Part shown: one piece after another, positions 36,165-49,208 of the stretch
Numbering within the stretch: position 1 is the first letter of the stretch
Layout of the letters: each line of letters starts with the position of its first letter
Origin: Takakia lepidozioides
Lineage: Eukaryota; Plantae; Bryophyta
NCBI GenBank assembly: GCA_030704615.1
Contig: CM060734.1
Span: 35,154,001 to 35,218,000 of the forward strand
Direction of reading: 5' to 3'
Length of the DNA: 64,000 bases
Notes under the pieces: generated by a model
The model's database searches: none
What the model was told of the DNA's origin: nothing
The model's input: the letters and a program-made list of their open reading frames with translations, nothing else
Program-made: the position numbers and the translations under genes

Positions 36165-39100
36165 GTCTATACACTTGCACGCATATTTATGGTGTCCAAT
36201 CTATACCATGCAAACAACACTAGTAAATAATCTATATAAAATTCTGAATTTAGCCTTAAATTACTACAATTCATGAAATATAAGATATTACCACGAGAGA
36301 ATATGCTAGCCAAATGTTGCATACCTTGGATGAACATGGCAAATGTCAGGACCTCTTGATACTTCACCTGTTTCACCAGTGTTGCTCAAACATGAAGGAT
36401 CATATAACATAGTTGAGGTGACAATTATATTGGATCATGTATTCATAATTTTTTATATTCGTAAAATAGGGATAAGCATGACTAGTACTGGGTGTACTTT
36501 GAAAGAAAGCTACATATAACAACAACACCTCAGAGCATACCAACAACATGCAAGCTTCAAAGATTTCTTCATGGACACCACATAGAATGGCTCCATTAGT
36601 GTGCCGGTCAACGAACCAATACCGTGAGAACATCAGCTTTGTCAAGAATTCCCATGTTTGGTGGAAGATTTGGTATTCGAATAGGTTTTTTCTCAAAACT
36701 CCCAAAACTCACAATTACTGGTCAAACTGGCGAGAGAGAAGTGAAGCAGCCAAGTTTACCTGCACCAAGGCCCAAGGTCTGAAGCGGTGCTCCTGCAATA
36801 ATTGCAGGAAGAACTCAGCACCTATCACAACCAAGAAAAAAACACTTTGTAGAAAGTACTTTTACTGGACAGGGACGCATGTGAGAGAGAGATCAATTAC
36901 CATAGGATTCACATCTTTCCCCATATACCATTCTGACTGATGGTGACCTAATTTCATTGAATGTGAAAGACTGCCCAAAGAATCAACTAACCTCCAAAGC
37001 CACAGCTTCCAAAACCACGAGTTGACCATCAGTTTCTCAACCAGACCTTGGCTTATCCACTGCCACCATATGAGAACATTGAATAGACACTTCTAGAGAC
37101 AAATGAGACTCGATTTCGATTTCAAGAAGGGAACGTGCATCGCATAACCCCTGACACATTGTCTGAGCTGATTTTGGAGGTAGGTGTACACCCTAATAAT
37201 AAACTTAGCATCCAATCGTGCGTGGAATGAAAAGAGGTAGAGAGAAGGGCAAGGAAAATACCACCTTATGCTGCTGGAAGGTAGCAAAGGTATAATTTCG
37301 CTCCCATAATTCCACGGGGCTAACGCACAGCCGATATCAACAGTTTGGCTACAGAGCCATGTGTGTTTCTTCGAAAGTTCGAATCGAGCTGACCTCAATG
37401 CGGCTACAACAGCCCTCTGCCTACCCTCTCGATCAGAAGTTCACTCAGTGCATGCAAGATCGCCTAATCGCTGATCCAAGCTACGCTTAGGAATAAAAAT
37501 ACCTGGTTTTCAAGGGAAGCCAAAGTAAGTCAGAATTGAATCCACCAATCACCTTAGCAGTCTGTGGTATTAGAATCAACCCATTGATCCTTGTTGAAAT
37601 TACTAGACCCACCACTACATACGCTTGATTGTGAAGCCCTCTAATAGCAACTAGAAACTACTACACTGATCATCAAGACATTTCTAAGGTGCTCCAGACT
37701 CGCTCCAGAACGACAATATCACGTAGTATCGTGTTCTTGAAGATAGACGATATCATGTAGTATCGTGTTGTTGAAGATAGATTAATTGAAGACATTCGGA
37801 TCAGCCGTTTGAATTTGGCCACGTACGATATGGCAGATACGGACATTTATCAAAGTACAATCAAATTCAAATTGCAGGTGTTTCGCCATTACCTCCGTAT
37901 GTACGTGGCTATAGCGTATTGCCAGGCCTCAGGTACTATACTTAACCAAAACTCTGCCCACTTTAGGGCAATAACTAAAATCGTATTTTTCAATTTTTTA
38001 TGTGCTTTGGGCCTTTGGTCCCAAAAAAAAGTTCCCATTTATTGGCTGGTTTAATAAAGGAAAATAGTGTTTTTTATTATACGAGTATGGCTTCCATGTT
38101 CCTACAAAAGCGTTATCTTGGGAGAGGTTTTGAGGTCAATCCCATGTCACCCATACCTACCTGCTTTCAATACTACCTTGCTATAAGATGGATTTTACGT
38201 ATATCTATATAAAAACTCTACAATTATTAAAAATCATTTGGCCACAAAGGAACTAATATACATATATATATATATATATATAGATGACACACATTGTTTT
38301 ATTTCAACTAATTCCATAATTTTTTCATTATTATATTATTTTAGTATTTTTTCTTCCAATTATATATGTTTCCTTTTCATAGTATGCCTCGGTAATATGT
38401 TAAATCGCTGATTTATTTAAAATCATATATACATTCTACTCAAGAGATAGTGTCAAAACTTATTTCACTGTATGTACATTCATAACATATGCCATACTAT
38501 GACATATTTGGCATTGTTATGCTAGGGCATAGCATGTGATGGTACATAGATACATCCACCTTTAGGTATGGCATTGGCATTGCCCATGTGCATGGGATAA
38601 GCACGACTCACATCGCGCATAGTGGCATGCCAGTTATGGCACATAGTCAAAATGAAGTAATGAAATAATTCAGGTGCAAATGGGCCACTGGCCTCAGCAA
38701 ACGTCCCATTTGATCTATGTTTCAAGAATATTTCTTCATATTCTTGACATGTGGTGCAGATTGGCTGTTCCTGGCATAGGTGCAAGTGGGACACTATAAC
38801 CGTAACTTACACGTGTACACGTCTGGAATCAAAGGACAGCACAGATTGGGAGAGCCAAGATATTGAGTTGAGAGCTACGGTAAAGAAATAATCTTAAATT
38901 AAGATTATGTTGGTTGGCTAATGTAAATAAGAGTCTCTTGGTCTCTTCCCTTTTTGGGGCAGACTCATTGGCCAAATTTTGTCATAATAATTTCCGAAGG
39001 ATGAGTCCTAAACTATGGTGTCTCTTGACCCCCAAGGGCTACTGCGTACTGGCACCAAAGTGGACACAGCAATCGGTGGATTGAACCCACAACCACTTCC

Positions 39101-39882
39101 GAGGTGGTATGGTCCGGTACCACTGGGCTACAACTTGCTTGTGTGGCCTCATCAGAACAGGCGGGTTGCAACAGACATGGGATAAGGGTGGTGGTATTGC
39201 GGTGAATTGAGATTACGTTTCGGAAACTTATACTTAGTTACACGCTATCTTCCTAAACGTTGCATTTTTATTTTATTTTCTATTTTTTTAGAAAGGGGAG
39301 GAAAGCCCTATGAGAGCATTTTTTTAATAAAAATCGAAATTGTACTGAAATACAATCTTCCATAAAATAATCAATCGGCGAAATGTGATCATCTTTCCAA
39401 AAATTGTACTTGGAGGTACTCGATTATTAAAAAAACTTCAAAAAAATTTCGAAGTTGTAGCGAAAACAATTTGTTTCCCCAAAATAATTCTGGATTTTTC
39501 GTATGGCCGCTCTGGCCTCATTACCTTCACTGGGAGCTTGTTCTCCCTGCTCCAGGGTTATGTGATGGTCTACCCCTCTATTGCTCTCGCAGTATTGTCT
39601 TCCCCTTGATTCTCAAGTAGATTTGCAATCTAAGAAGCTCACTCAAGCAAGTGTAAAAGAGGGGTGAAGGTTCATCATGTTCCTTGAATGAGTAGGAGGG
39701 CATGGGGTTGCGGTGCAGCTTTGGGCACTGATAGTAGCAAATATTCAAATGAGAACTTTGAAGACTGAAGTGGAGAAAGACCAAGTTGGCTCATAAAAAG
39801 TACTTACAGACTGAGGGTATCCTCTACACAGGAGGCCTCCAGAAAAATAATGGATCGAGCAACCTTTAAGACCTGAAACAGT

Positions 39883-42800
39883 TTACATGTCTGCAAGTCC
39901 TTGTTGCAGATCAAGCACCTCTGCAAGTCCCTTCTCCAAGATATGATTCTCCGCCATGATGGCATCCAGATCAGACTGCACACTGGTTATATCTACTGGC
40001 GACTTCTGTAGATCTTCTAGCATGGCTTGCAGTTCTGCAATCTCTCTACCTATTTTGTCCATTTCAAATACCCTATCCACAATGTCTGCAAATGTTTCAT
40101 GGATGGTGCTGAGTGACCTGTATGCCTGTCGACAAACTGTATCCCGCTTTGCATCCCTGTCAACACAGATAATGGCACTTCAGCTTCATATGCAATAGGC
40201 AATTTTGCAACGACACAGAAGTTGTCAGTTTATAGATGTGGTTTTGGTTTGAAGTGCCACAAGTTGTGGAGTGATTTCATCCTAACAGGGAGAAAAGTCC
40301 CCTTTTCAGGCAGATTGTAATACGAGAATGGCTAGTTTAATTTGACGTAAAACCAATACTCCAGTCTTGTATGCTGAACAAGGAGAGAATGAAACCTGAA
40401 GACAAGCTCATCCACAAGAGCGTGCGTGCGACGAAGGCGGTCGTGTGCGGCATTGCTGTCACGCTGCAAATGGCGGGTGTCGAGAATGATGCGTGCAATG
40501 TCAGTAGCCTGTTTTTGACTGTTGCGCACCAGCTCAGTGATGCGATGCACATAGGACGACCGCTTGGCTACATTCCCTTCCCTCTCCACTTCAGCCCTTA
40601 TTGTCCATATCTCTTCCTCCCTGTCATGAATCCGAAACCAACTTCAGCTGCTATGAAAACCAAAAGATGGAAGACTCATATCCAGAAGCCTTGATTGTTC
40701 TCTCCACACAGATACCTTGATCAACATACACGTACATATCCATTGACTACACGTGAACTTCCACTAACTACATTTTACTGAGCACGGAAGCACCCATCCA
40801 ATCCCCCTTCAAATGGGTAAACAAATGGTAGAGAAATAGGACACTAAGGAAATTCCCTAGCAAATGAGCGACCCCACTGACGAACACAGCAGAACTAAGC
40901 ACCTACCTAACACGAAGCAGGGTACTCAAGGGCTTCATTTGCTGCCGCATTTCTTTAATCTGCCTTAGCTTCCCATGCAGCTCCCCTCTGCCACTTAAAG
41001 CAATCTTCTCCAGGTCAGCCTTCTTCTCCTCCAAGGGTTGCCTCACTGCATCCCTGCATTAATGGACCCACATCTTAACCCTCAGTTGTGACGATATATT
41101 AACCCAGTCATATGTAATTCATCCAAAACTCATCACAATGCTCCAAGCGTCACACAGAATCATTCGGAGGCAACCAACCATGGTTATTGAATACATTTGC
41201 AATATTGACAAAAGGTGCTGAGATGCAGCTGTCATGAAAAACAACACATTCTATTTCCTGTTCAAAGATGGTAACAGACAGAGCAGAGTGAGCAAACACA
41301 CCACTCAGCTTGCAGTGCAGCAAGGTGCTGTTCACTGGCAGTCACACGTGACTGCAGCTGCTGTTGTGCAGAGGTTGGGGGAGTGGTTGGGTGCAGTGCC
41401 AGGTTCACAGCAGTGCGCATCAGCAGACTTTTCTTCTCCATTTCCTGGATTCTATCTAACCCTCCTTCATGTCTTTCCTTCAGCACCAGACCACGCTGCT
41501 CCTTGTCTCTAGCTTCTGCCTCCATCTACACAACCACGTGACTTTTGCAACAAAACCAAGCAAGCTTATATGCCCACAAGCAAATAGATGCCTGAACTTG
41601 GCTAGACAATCCAGAGAACTATACAAAGGGGCAACCGCTCATGAATACTCGGTGTATCAGTATTCTCTCCTTCCCACTCCATCCTATCAAGACTCCAGTA
41701 TTTCTTTCTAGTAATTGATCACAAATTGCGGCTCTAGCTAGCCTTTGCTGGAGCAGAGTATCAAAAGAAAAGTGAGAATAACACCTGCTGATTGGACCAG
41801 CTAGGACCAGCTAGTCTAAGAGGATATTTTCAAAATATTGCTTGAATTATTCACTGCACAATGAAGCATTGGTTGGTCAAAATGTCTGCCCTGCTTCTCA
41901 AACCACCAAACACTGGTATCACCACTCATGACACATTGAGAAGGAGCCCTACATCTGCTGTTCACGTGTATTTTTTGCAAATGGACCTTTATATCTCTGC
42001 AACATTGAAGTGAGCCAATTTCAAAAGATGTCAAGCTATGCACCTTGTCAGCCTGTGCAATGAGGCTTGCCAACTGCTCTTGAAGCTGTGCATTGACCAG
42101 GGTGTGCGTCTTTGCTTGATGCTGTCCGTCACCCACCTGAGCAACTGCTGCCGCACCCCAACTTTCTTCCTGACCTAAAAGATGGGATATTTCCAAAGCA
42201 CTGGAACTGGCACCAGCAGTTCCAGGGCCCTTGTCCAGTAGTAATACACCTTTACTGATCACTTTTGTGTCTCTACTTTTCGACACTTGTTTGACCTGTT
42301 GGGCAAGCTGAGCCAGCTCTGCATCTTCCAAGCCTTTTGTTGTCACTGCATTCTTCACATTCAGCTCCAGGAGAGCTGGAAGCAGCCATGCCCTGGGCTT
42401 TGCCTGCAGGGTAACCAATGTTGGCTTTTTCTGCACTTCCCCTTCAACAGCCCTGGAAGTACTCAGCCGTAAGGAACAAGTTCTGAAAGGCACCCCTACA
42501 TCACCTTTGTCCTTTGCTGATGTATGTGCGGAAGCATGTGAGTGCACCAATGCGTGCTGTACTGTGGCACTCAGTTTGTCAAGGGTGGGGGCGGCGTGCC
42601 CTTTTCGTCCTCTAGAAGACGGCGTTGAAGATCTGGAGAGCCGGTCCAGCAGAAAGCGGAGCAGGCGGTGTGTGTTGCTGTGTGATGGGTAAAGGAACTG
42701 CAGCACGCATGTCATGTCACTTCCCTCTTTCTACTCCAATCTTTCCTGCTCCTGCATGCATGGCCACCTTCTCTCTCCCTTTCACTCTGTGCCTCCACTA

Positions 42801-43592
42801 CCTTACCATGAACTATTTGACTCTACAGCCTCCACCACATGATGAGTGTCAAGGATTGAATCAAATCCAATCATGATATACCTGGACAGCGCTAAATCCC
42901 CCCATTTCTTGCATATTTCCAACATTACAGTGAGGTATGATCTCGATGCATATTCTCCAGGAATAAGCCCAAGCTGCAAAGCCTACCTATCTAGTCGCCT
43001 TAGCATCCATTGCCAAAAATTCCCGTTCATTAGTTATCTCGCTATGGAGCTCACTTTGACCGCCCATATACTGCAGCTCCCAGTGGGAACAAATCTTCTA
43101 CTAAAAAATTTCTGATGATGCTATACAGGAAGGGAACAGCTGACCAACTGCGGACCACCACAGCTAAAGTCTGCCGACCATCAGCAGTTGACCGACTCAT
43201 CATTTTAACAGCCAATTGTCCTACAACTGCCCACCTAATTGCAGAACAATTAGACACCAAGAGCTATCTCATGTTGACAGAGAATTCAACCCTCACAAAC
43301 AGAAAGCAAATGCAGATAGATTCGACACTGGCCTGATGGAAGCTCAGGTCACCCTGATAGCCAAGCTGCTTGATGTCCAATGCCAAATCCATACACACTC
43401 GAAAGCGCTCGGCTGTGCCTGATGGAAGCCCGCTGGTGGGCGAGGTGCTAGAGCCACGCATCAGCGCCACAGCCTGCTCGCATATGACCACCAGGGCATT
43501 GGGACCTAATTCATGTACACCCTTGGCCTCCGCAGGTACGTTCACCCCGGCCTGCTGCAGAGCTACCAACATAATCTGCTGCGCATCATCCA

Positions 43593-43593
<1 letters not shown>
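39883..43593 (-). CDS. CCDC22: Coiled-coil domain-containing protein 22 homolog (CCC/Commander complex), about 6 exons
   Basis: MDDAQQIMLVALQQAG...AERFRVC..LGYQGDLSFHQ|FLYPS..THRLLRFLLDRL; C-terminal RSSYVHRITELVRNSQKQATDIARII.DTR.LQ, AYRSL..IHETF, DLDAIMAEN. Confidence 0.9.

Positions 43594-43638
<45 letters not shown>
43594..43638. repeat. (GA)n microsatellite directly before the CCDC22 start codon
   Basis: (CT)n tract on the + strand abutting the ATG. Confidence 0.9.
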
Positions 43639-43641
<3 letters not shown>

Positions 43642-44499
43642 TGTGAGCTGTGCTGCAGGCAACCCTTAAATCGTAGAACGCCCTTGGGCAGAGGCCTTAG
43701 CCTTCGCAGAAAGCAAACGAAAGAGACACACAATTCTCCATGACAGACGGTCAGAACTGTAGTGAGATAATTTATTGAACATTTAGAGTAGCTTAGGCGG
43801 CCTCCAGTAAGCACTAAATTATGTTTTTTCTACGGGTCAAGGGGCACTAGTGTAAAGGCCATGGGATTGTAGAGGCCAAGGCTTCATAATCACATCTAAA
43901 CCTTGTGAACCCCTTATTCTCCCCCTTTGTGTCCTCCATGGTTGGAACTCCTCTCACCTCTTGACCTAGTTTCTTTGCACTCACCATATCATAGGCACAA
44001 GATTTTGGTGGCACTTGTGTTCAGCACCCGTGGTGGTTTCACACTAGCATGTCTCAGATTGGAGACAGCCACTGAGTGTCAATCACACATAACAAGCCAC
44101 ATGGATGTCTTTCCCTTCATTTCAAGGAGCTTCTTCCCCTTCCCTCTCAATTCCAACAAGGTGTTGCCTCTACTCCATTGTGGATTGCTCACACAGTATT
44201 GTCCCTGTAGGCTCCATCCACTTGCTTCCCTGGTGTTTCTTATGGTCCTTTGTAAACATACTGCCTGCCCCAGACTACAGCGAGTTCGGTAGGTGTAAGG
44301 CTTTTCCAGGTTTACCTTCTAACACTACAAATCTGTCTTGGACTCTTTGAAAGAATTCTCCTCAACTCACAGGAAAGTTCGAAGTCCAATATCAGCAGCC
44401 CCTTCAAGGCAGTTTTGAGACATCTAGACAAAACTATCCAAGGATTGATGACTTCACTTAAATTTAATATCTCGAGCATCCCTTCAACCACCTTCTCTT

Positions 44500-45000
44500 G
44501 GAAAAATATTCAGAAATGCAGGGACGAGTGTATGCCATAGAATGTACTCATAAGACTTTGGTTGCCATAGCCTTGTGGCCATTGACCCGTGCCCAGTTTG
44601 AACGGAACACAAAGGGACAGAAACTAGCTTTGTCAGGGGCTGACGCCCGTAGTATGATGTACCTTGAAACAGACAATCGATCCGAGTTCTCCAGATTTCC
44701 GCTAGAAATCCCTTTACACAAGCATCAATCTGCTGTGTGTGATATGCCCAATAACTAGGGACTGGGCTTTTGGATCAGCCTTGAGATTTTAAGTTGGTAA
44801 ACAGAGGTACAGGCACAAATCCCTTGATGGACTTGAAGAGGGTGTCTCTCTGGTGAGAGTACCCAGGACTGAATCAGAAAATTAATTTTGTCTTCAGGTT
44901 GCCCACACAAGGGGCATGTGCAATCCCCTTCTCCTCTCTGCATCTGTTTGCTACTCAGGTAGGCTTCCCGCCCCCAGTCTGCCATAGACACAGAAAGGGC
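44500..45000 (-). mobile_element. L1-like LINE ORF2 C-terminal remnant
   Basis: CTCPLCGQPED zinc-finger-like motif and downstream EIWRTRIDCLFQG; heavily decayed. Confidence 0.4.
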
Positions 45001-45782
45001 TGGCTGAAATTGTGGGCTAGAATTGGTAAGGCCTGAGCCACAAACATGATGGAACCAATGAAGTGACCCAAGGCTAACAGCTCGAAATGACAATAAAGAC
45101 AAATGAATTTGACAGATCATGACAGATCATAATAAAAGCATGAAACAGAAAGGAAGCTGACAGTCTTCTTACCTCTAAAACTAAGCAGTAACAGTAGTCC
45201 ACCAAAATTGATTTCTCAGTATGAAATTTGCATGATGGAGTTTACATCTGAAAAGTGGTGCCTCGGTAAAACAGCCTGAGCTATTCAAGGTTGTCTTGAT
45301 TTCAGGGCCACATATTTATCCATGTGTACTAAGAAGATCAAGAAATTTCTTCATCAGTATACATGTGCAAAACTGCTAGATTCATTATCCTTTGATCAAC
45401 CATGCTACAATGGCAAAAACAAGAAAAATCCACTACCAGAATTTTTATCACCACCCACTCTAAATATTAAACCTCGCTTTGTTGGCTCTTATGTCACAGA
45501 GGCATTAGATGTCTCGCATTGGCACACTTTGCTGTGTTGCAGTTCCAAAACAGGAGTAGGTGAACAAATTCAGCTTTCTTCTCCAGTAGCTTCACATTCT
45601 TCTCTCTGACTGCACCATCACAAGCCAACAATCCAAGCACAACACTTCTGTTAGGCAAAGCGATCAATTGAAACTGCAGAAAAAACTATTTCCAAAAACC
45701 TTAAAGCAGGGCACTACTTGAAATTATTACCTGACACGTGTGCAGTGCAGCCGATGGTCGAGCGTGTTAGCCCCGCCATACA

Positions 45783-48209
45783 TCAAGCTATGAGGTCTTC
45801 AGATTGTCCAAAGTAGCGTCCAGCGATGGTGATCATCAAGTTAAGCATGTGCAGTTCTTCATCATCCACTGACTCCTTAGTTGCACGAAGCACCGCACAC
45901 CTAACAACGAATTAACAACCCAACCTTTACAATCAGTGAGTTTGCAGAGCTAATTCCTCCTATTTGGGTGAAAAGTCTGAAGAGGAGCCTCAATACCTCT
46001 TTCTCAGCAAATGACGTCCTATTTGCAAGTTTCAGCGCTACTCTAGCTGGTATTGAGCACAGATACAACTTATTGAGAGACACGAAGCAAGGCACACATT
46101 ACTCGGATGAAAACCTGACTTTCACCAGTCTATGCATGAGATATTGTTGTACCTTCTCAACAGTGCCCGAAAAGCAGCACTTGTCTGTGCATCTAAAGGC
46201 TTGTCAACCACAGCAGAGAGAGCAAATAACCACAGGGCACGCTCTTGAGGTAATCCCTCCGACCTTTCTAACCATGCCACATGGTAACAGAAGAGAGACG
46301 CACGTGAGACCTCATCCAAACTCAACAATATCCCCAGCAGTGGTGGCTTCGGAACTCTTGACTCACCAAACATATCTTCCACTTTGTGCCCTGTGCTGCT
46401 ACTTGGGTCGGCACTGGTGGTTTTGAAACTCCCGCCTTCATTTCCACTGATGCTCTTTGTACTCACTTCAGTACTCAACAATTCAGACCCCACCCCTATC
46501 TCTGAACATCTGCATCTTTCTAAACCCAAATTGTTCATGTCCTTTGGTAAGTCAACAGCTGCTTCATCAGTCTCTGCCTGTAGCTCTAAATCAAGGGCCA
46601 TGTTCTCCGTGTTGTCAGTCTCATCTCCTGTAGAGGCCAAGGAATCTTCTTCTGGGGAGGTAGTAACCATACCAAAAGAGAAGGCCTCCCATTCTGCCTG
46701 GCTATGAATGGAAGGTAGAGGGCCCACATCACACGCAGGCAGCTGTTTGATGCTTAAGACAGCCTACAACACAAATGAAGGATACCTTCAGTAACTGATG
46801 AGAGCAATGCTAGACTTCTTTAAATATCAGGGAGAGAACCTCAAATGATCGGAAGTATCCAACCAGAGACTCTAACTGGATACAACATTGCTCGAAGAAA
46901 TGGAGCTCACCATCCGAAGGTCCGAGAAATCTGCTAGAAACATTGTCTCCCATTCCTTTGATGGCAGCAAATGAGGAGCGCAAGGAGTCACAGAGGGAAT
47001 GGATGGCATGTATGGGGTCTGTTCTGCTGCAAGCTTGCATGGGTCAATTTTAGCTACCTTCACTTTAGGACATTGTGCTGCCTCCCATCTGCTTACCACC
47101 CCCAATCACCAACCCCAATCACCACTTAAACCATTAGCTAATCCACTGTGGTAAGAAGGGAGCTGCGCTGCTTTGGGAGTATACATACGCTCAGCACAAG
47201 TGACCACATATGATATAGAGTCATTCCAATTGATATCACTACCAATGAGAAATTAGAAATATACATCTCTCCCCTACATATTGACTCCCTGCACGATGGT
47301 GTAACCACAGAAATAAGCCAAAGTGGGAAGACAGAAAACAGAACCCCCAGGGATTATGGTGCAAACTCACACAAAAATCAAATACAAACAGAGAAGGGAA
47401 GGTGGCAGGCAATGTGCCTGACATGGCGCAAATACTCCCAGCCATCTTGTGGGGGTCCTGACTCGAAGTCAGGCTCCCCATCTACAGCAAATGCCCGGGG
47501 CTGAAAGTTTTCAATCTCATCATCGCTATCCTCTTCATAAAGCTCTGATTCTGCCGCTGCCACCACCCCAGGATGAGAGCCACTATCATGCCCGTGATCA
47601 AGAATTTTCTGATTGTTGGAGGACGCTATCGCTTCATAGCCCAACTCCTGATGAATGTCTCCATCTGCATGCCACACTGTTGGTAAACCTCTCTCTCTCC
47701 CCTAAGATAACAAGCCCTGAAACCTCGCTCTGTACCCGACAACGCACCCTAATGGATAACCATGAATTTCTCTGTCTTTTCTACAATGCTACCCAATGCC
47801 AAATGCAAGAACTTCCTGTCCCAGTTCAACGGCAATACAATAAGAAAACCATACCAGGCTCATTGAAGGACGCTGCCCGGGACGCATTCAATTTCTTAGC
47901 CGGGCGCTGCCGCCTGTCCGCATTCTTGTGTCGAGTGTGTACCAGCCCCACATCTAGCTCGTAAAGCTCGTCGGCAACAGACCCTATCTCAGCCATCACT
48001 GCATCCCACCTTCCTGACGTGTGATCCCTGCCACGCAACGCTTGCAGCTCCTCCTTACGATACTGCAATCTTTGTTTCCCTTCCCCTGATCTCAGGGAAT
48101 CTTCTGCAGCTGTGTCCATGGGAACCGATTCATAGGTTTCCCCCTCTGCAATCAATCCTGCTGAACAATCCTCTTGTAATTTGCCATCGACCTGCAATGA
48201 CGCCTCCAT
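45783..48209 (-). CDS. GEMIN2: Gem-associated protein 2 / SIP1 (SMN complex), about 5 exons
   Basis: FAVDGEPDFESGPPQDGWEYLRHVR|WEAAQCPKVKVAK..LLPSKEWETMFLADFSDLR; RALWLFALSAVVDKPLDAQT.A.FRALLR; LNLMITIAGRYFGQ. Confidence 0.92.
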
Positions 48210-48549
48210 TGCAGATCGATGGCGGATACCTTTGTAACAAGGTCCGCCATGTTTCCATGCAGCTTATAAGCTCAATAGGATTTAGGCGGGGTGGGCCGCA
48301 CACAACGATAGCCTCAAACTTCAATTCTGGTAAGGATTTGCCATTACACTAATGTGAAGTGGCCGCACAGACTCCACACATTAGCGGCTTTCTGTTAGCC
48401 TATAATATGGCGCATGGGGGATTTTCAGTTTATTCTTTGGGTGGAATTATATTTAGATGACCAGTGATAGATCAGATGGATAATGAAAAGTAAGTAATAT
48501 CAATGAAGGTTGGTCAGATTAGATGCACAAGGTTATGAATAGTTAGATG

Positions 48550-49195
48550 CTTTTATTTATTTATTTATTTTTATTTATTTATTAAACCTGGGAGCGACAT
48601 CTCACAAATCAGGTCCCCTAGTAGTGTTGTAACTCGTCAGGCGGTATAGGGTTGGTTTTGCCAAAACTCGAGCAAATGACCCTGATCTCAAAGAGGCAGG
48701 TACTGACCAGAATTGAGAGAATGGTTGGGCTGAACAGTTGACCATGCTTATGCACCCGGAAGCTAACTCCATGAAAGGAATCAGAATCCTTGCAAGTAGC
48801 ATAGAAGGCTTCATTTATCGACCCCACAATAAAACCAAGCCATCTGGGAAGTGAGAAATTGCCTTGCTGCGATAACAGGTCAGTCCAACAGGAAGGAAGC
48901 TCTCCCAAGACCTCAGTCCAGCCACTGTTGATTCTTCTCATGGATAAATTTGAGGCAGCATCAGAAGGGGAGATGAGGACGTCTGTGAGTCCCAAAAGTG
49001 AAGCATATATGACAAACCTACAGCCTCCCGGTGGGCCCAACGGCTAGAGCAAGGAATGAGAACATATGCATCATGATTGTAATTTGCAAATAAGGGTTGC
49101 CTTAGAATCTCTTGAAAAGAGGATGGCTTAGTTTGACATAAAAAGCCCCTGGCGCAGTTACTGTGAAAGAGGTTATTTTTTAATTGCACAATCAT
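48550..49195 (-). mobile_element. Possible LINE fragment with an (AAAT)n tail
   Basis: Decayed minus-strand ORFs (ILRQPLFANY) followed by an A-rich tail; weak. Confidence 0.3.
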
Positions 49196-49208
49196 CCAAC
49201 TTATATAT

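Noticed and set aside
36400-37400. Short ORFs suggesting another gene fragment
   Set aside because: No motif could be recognised.
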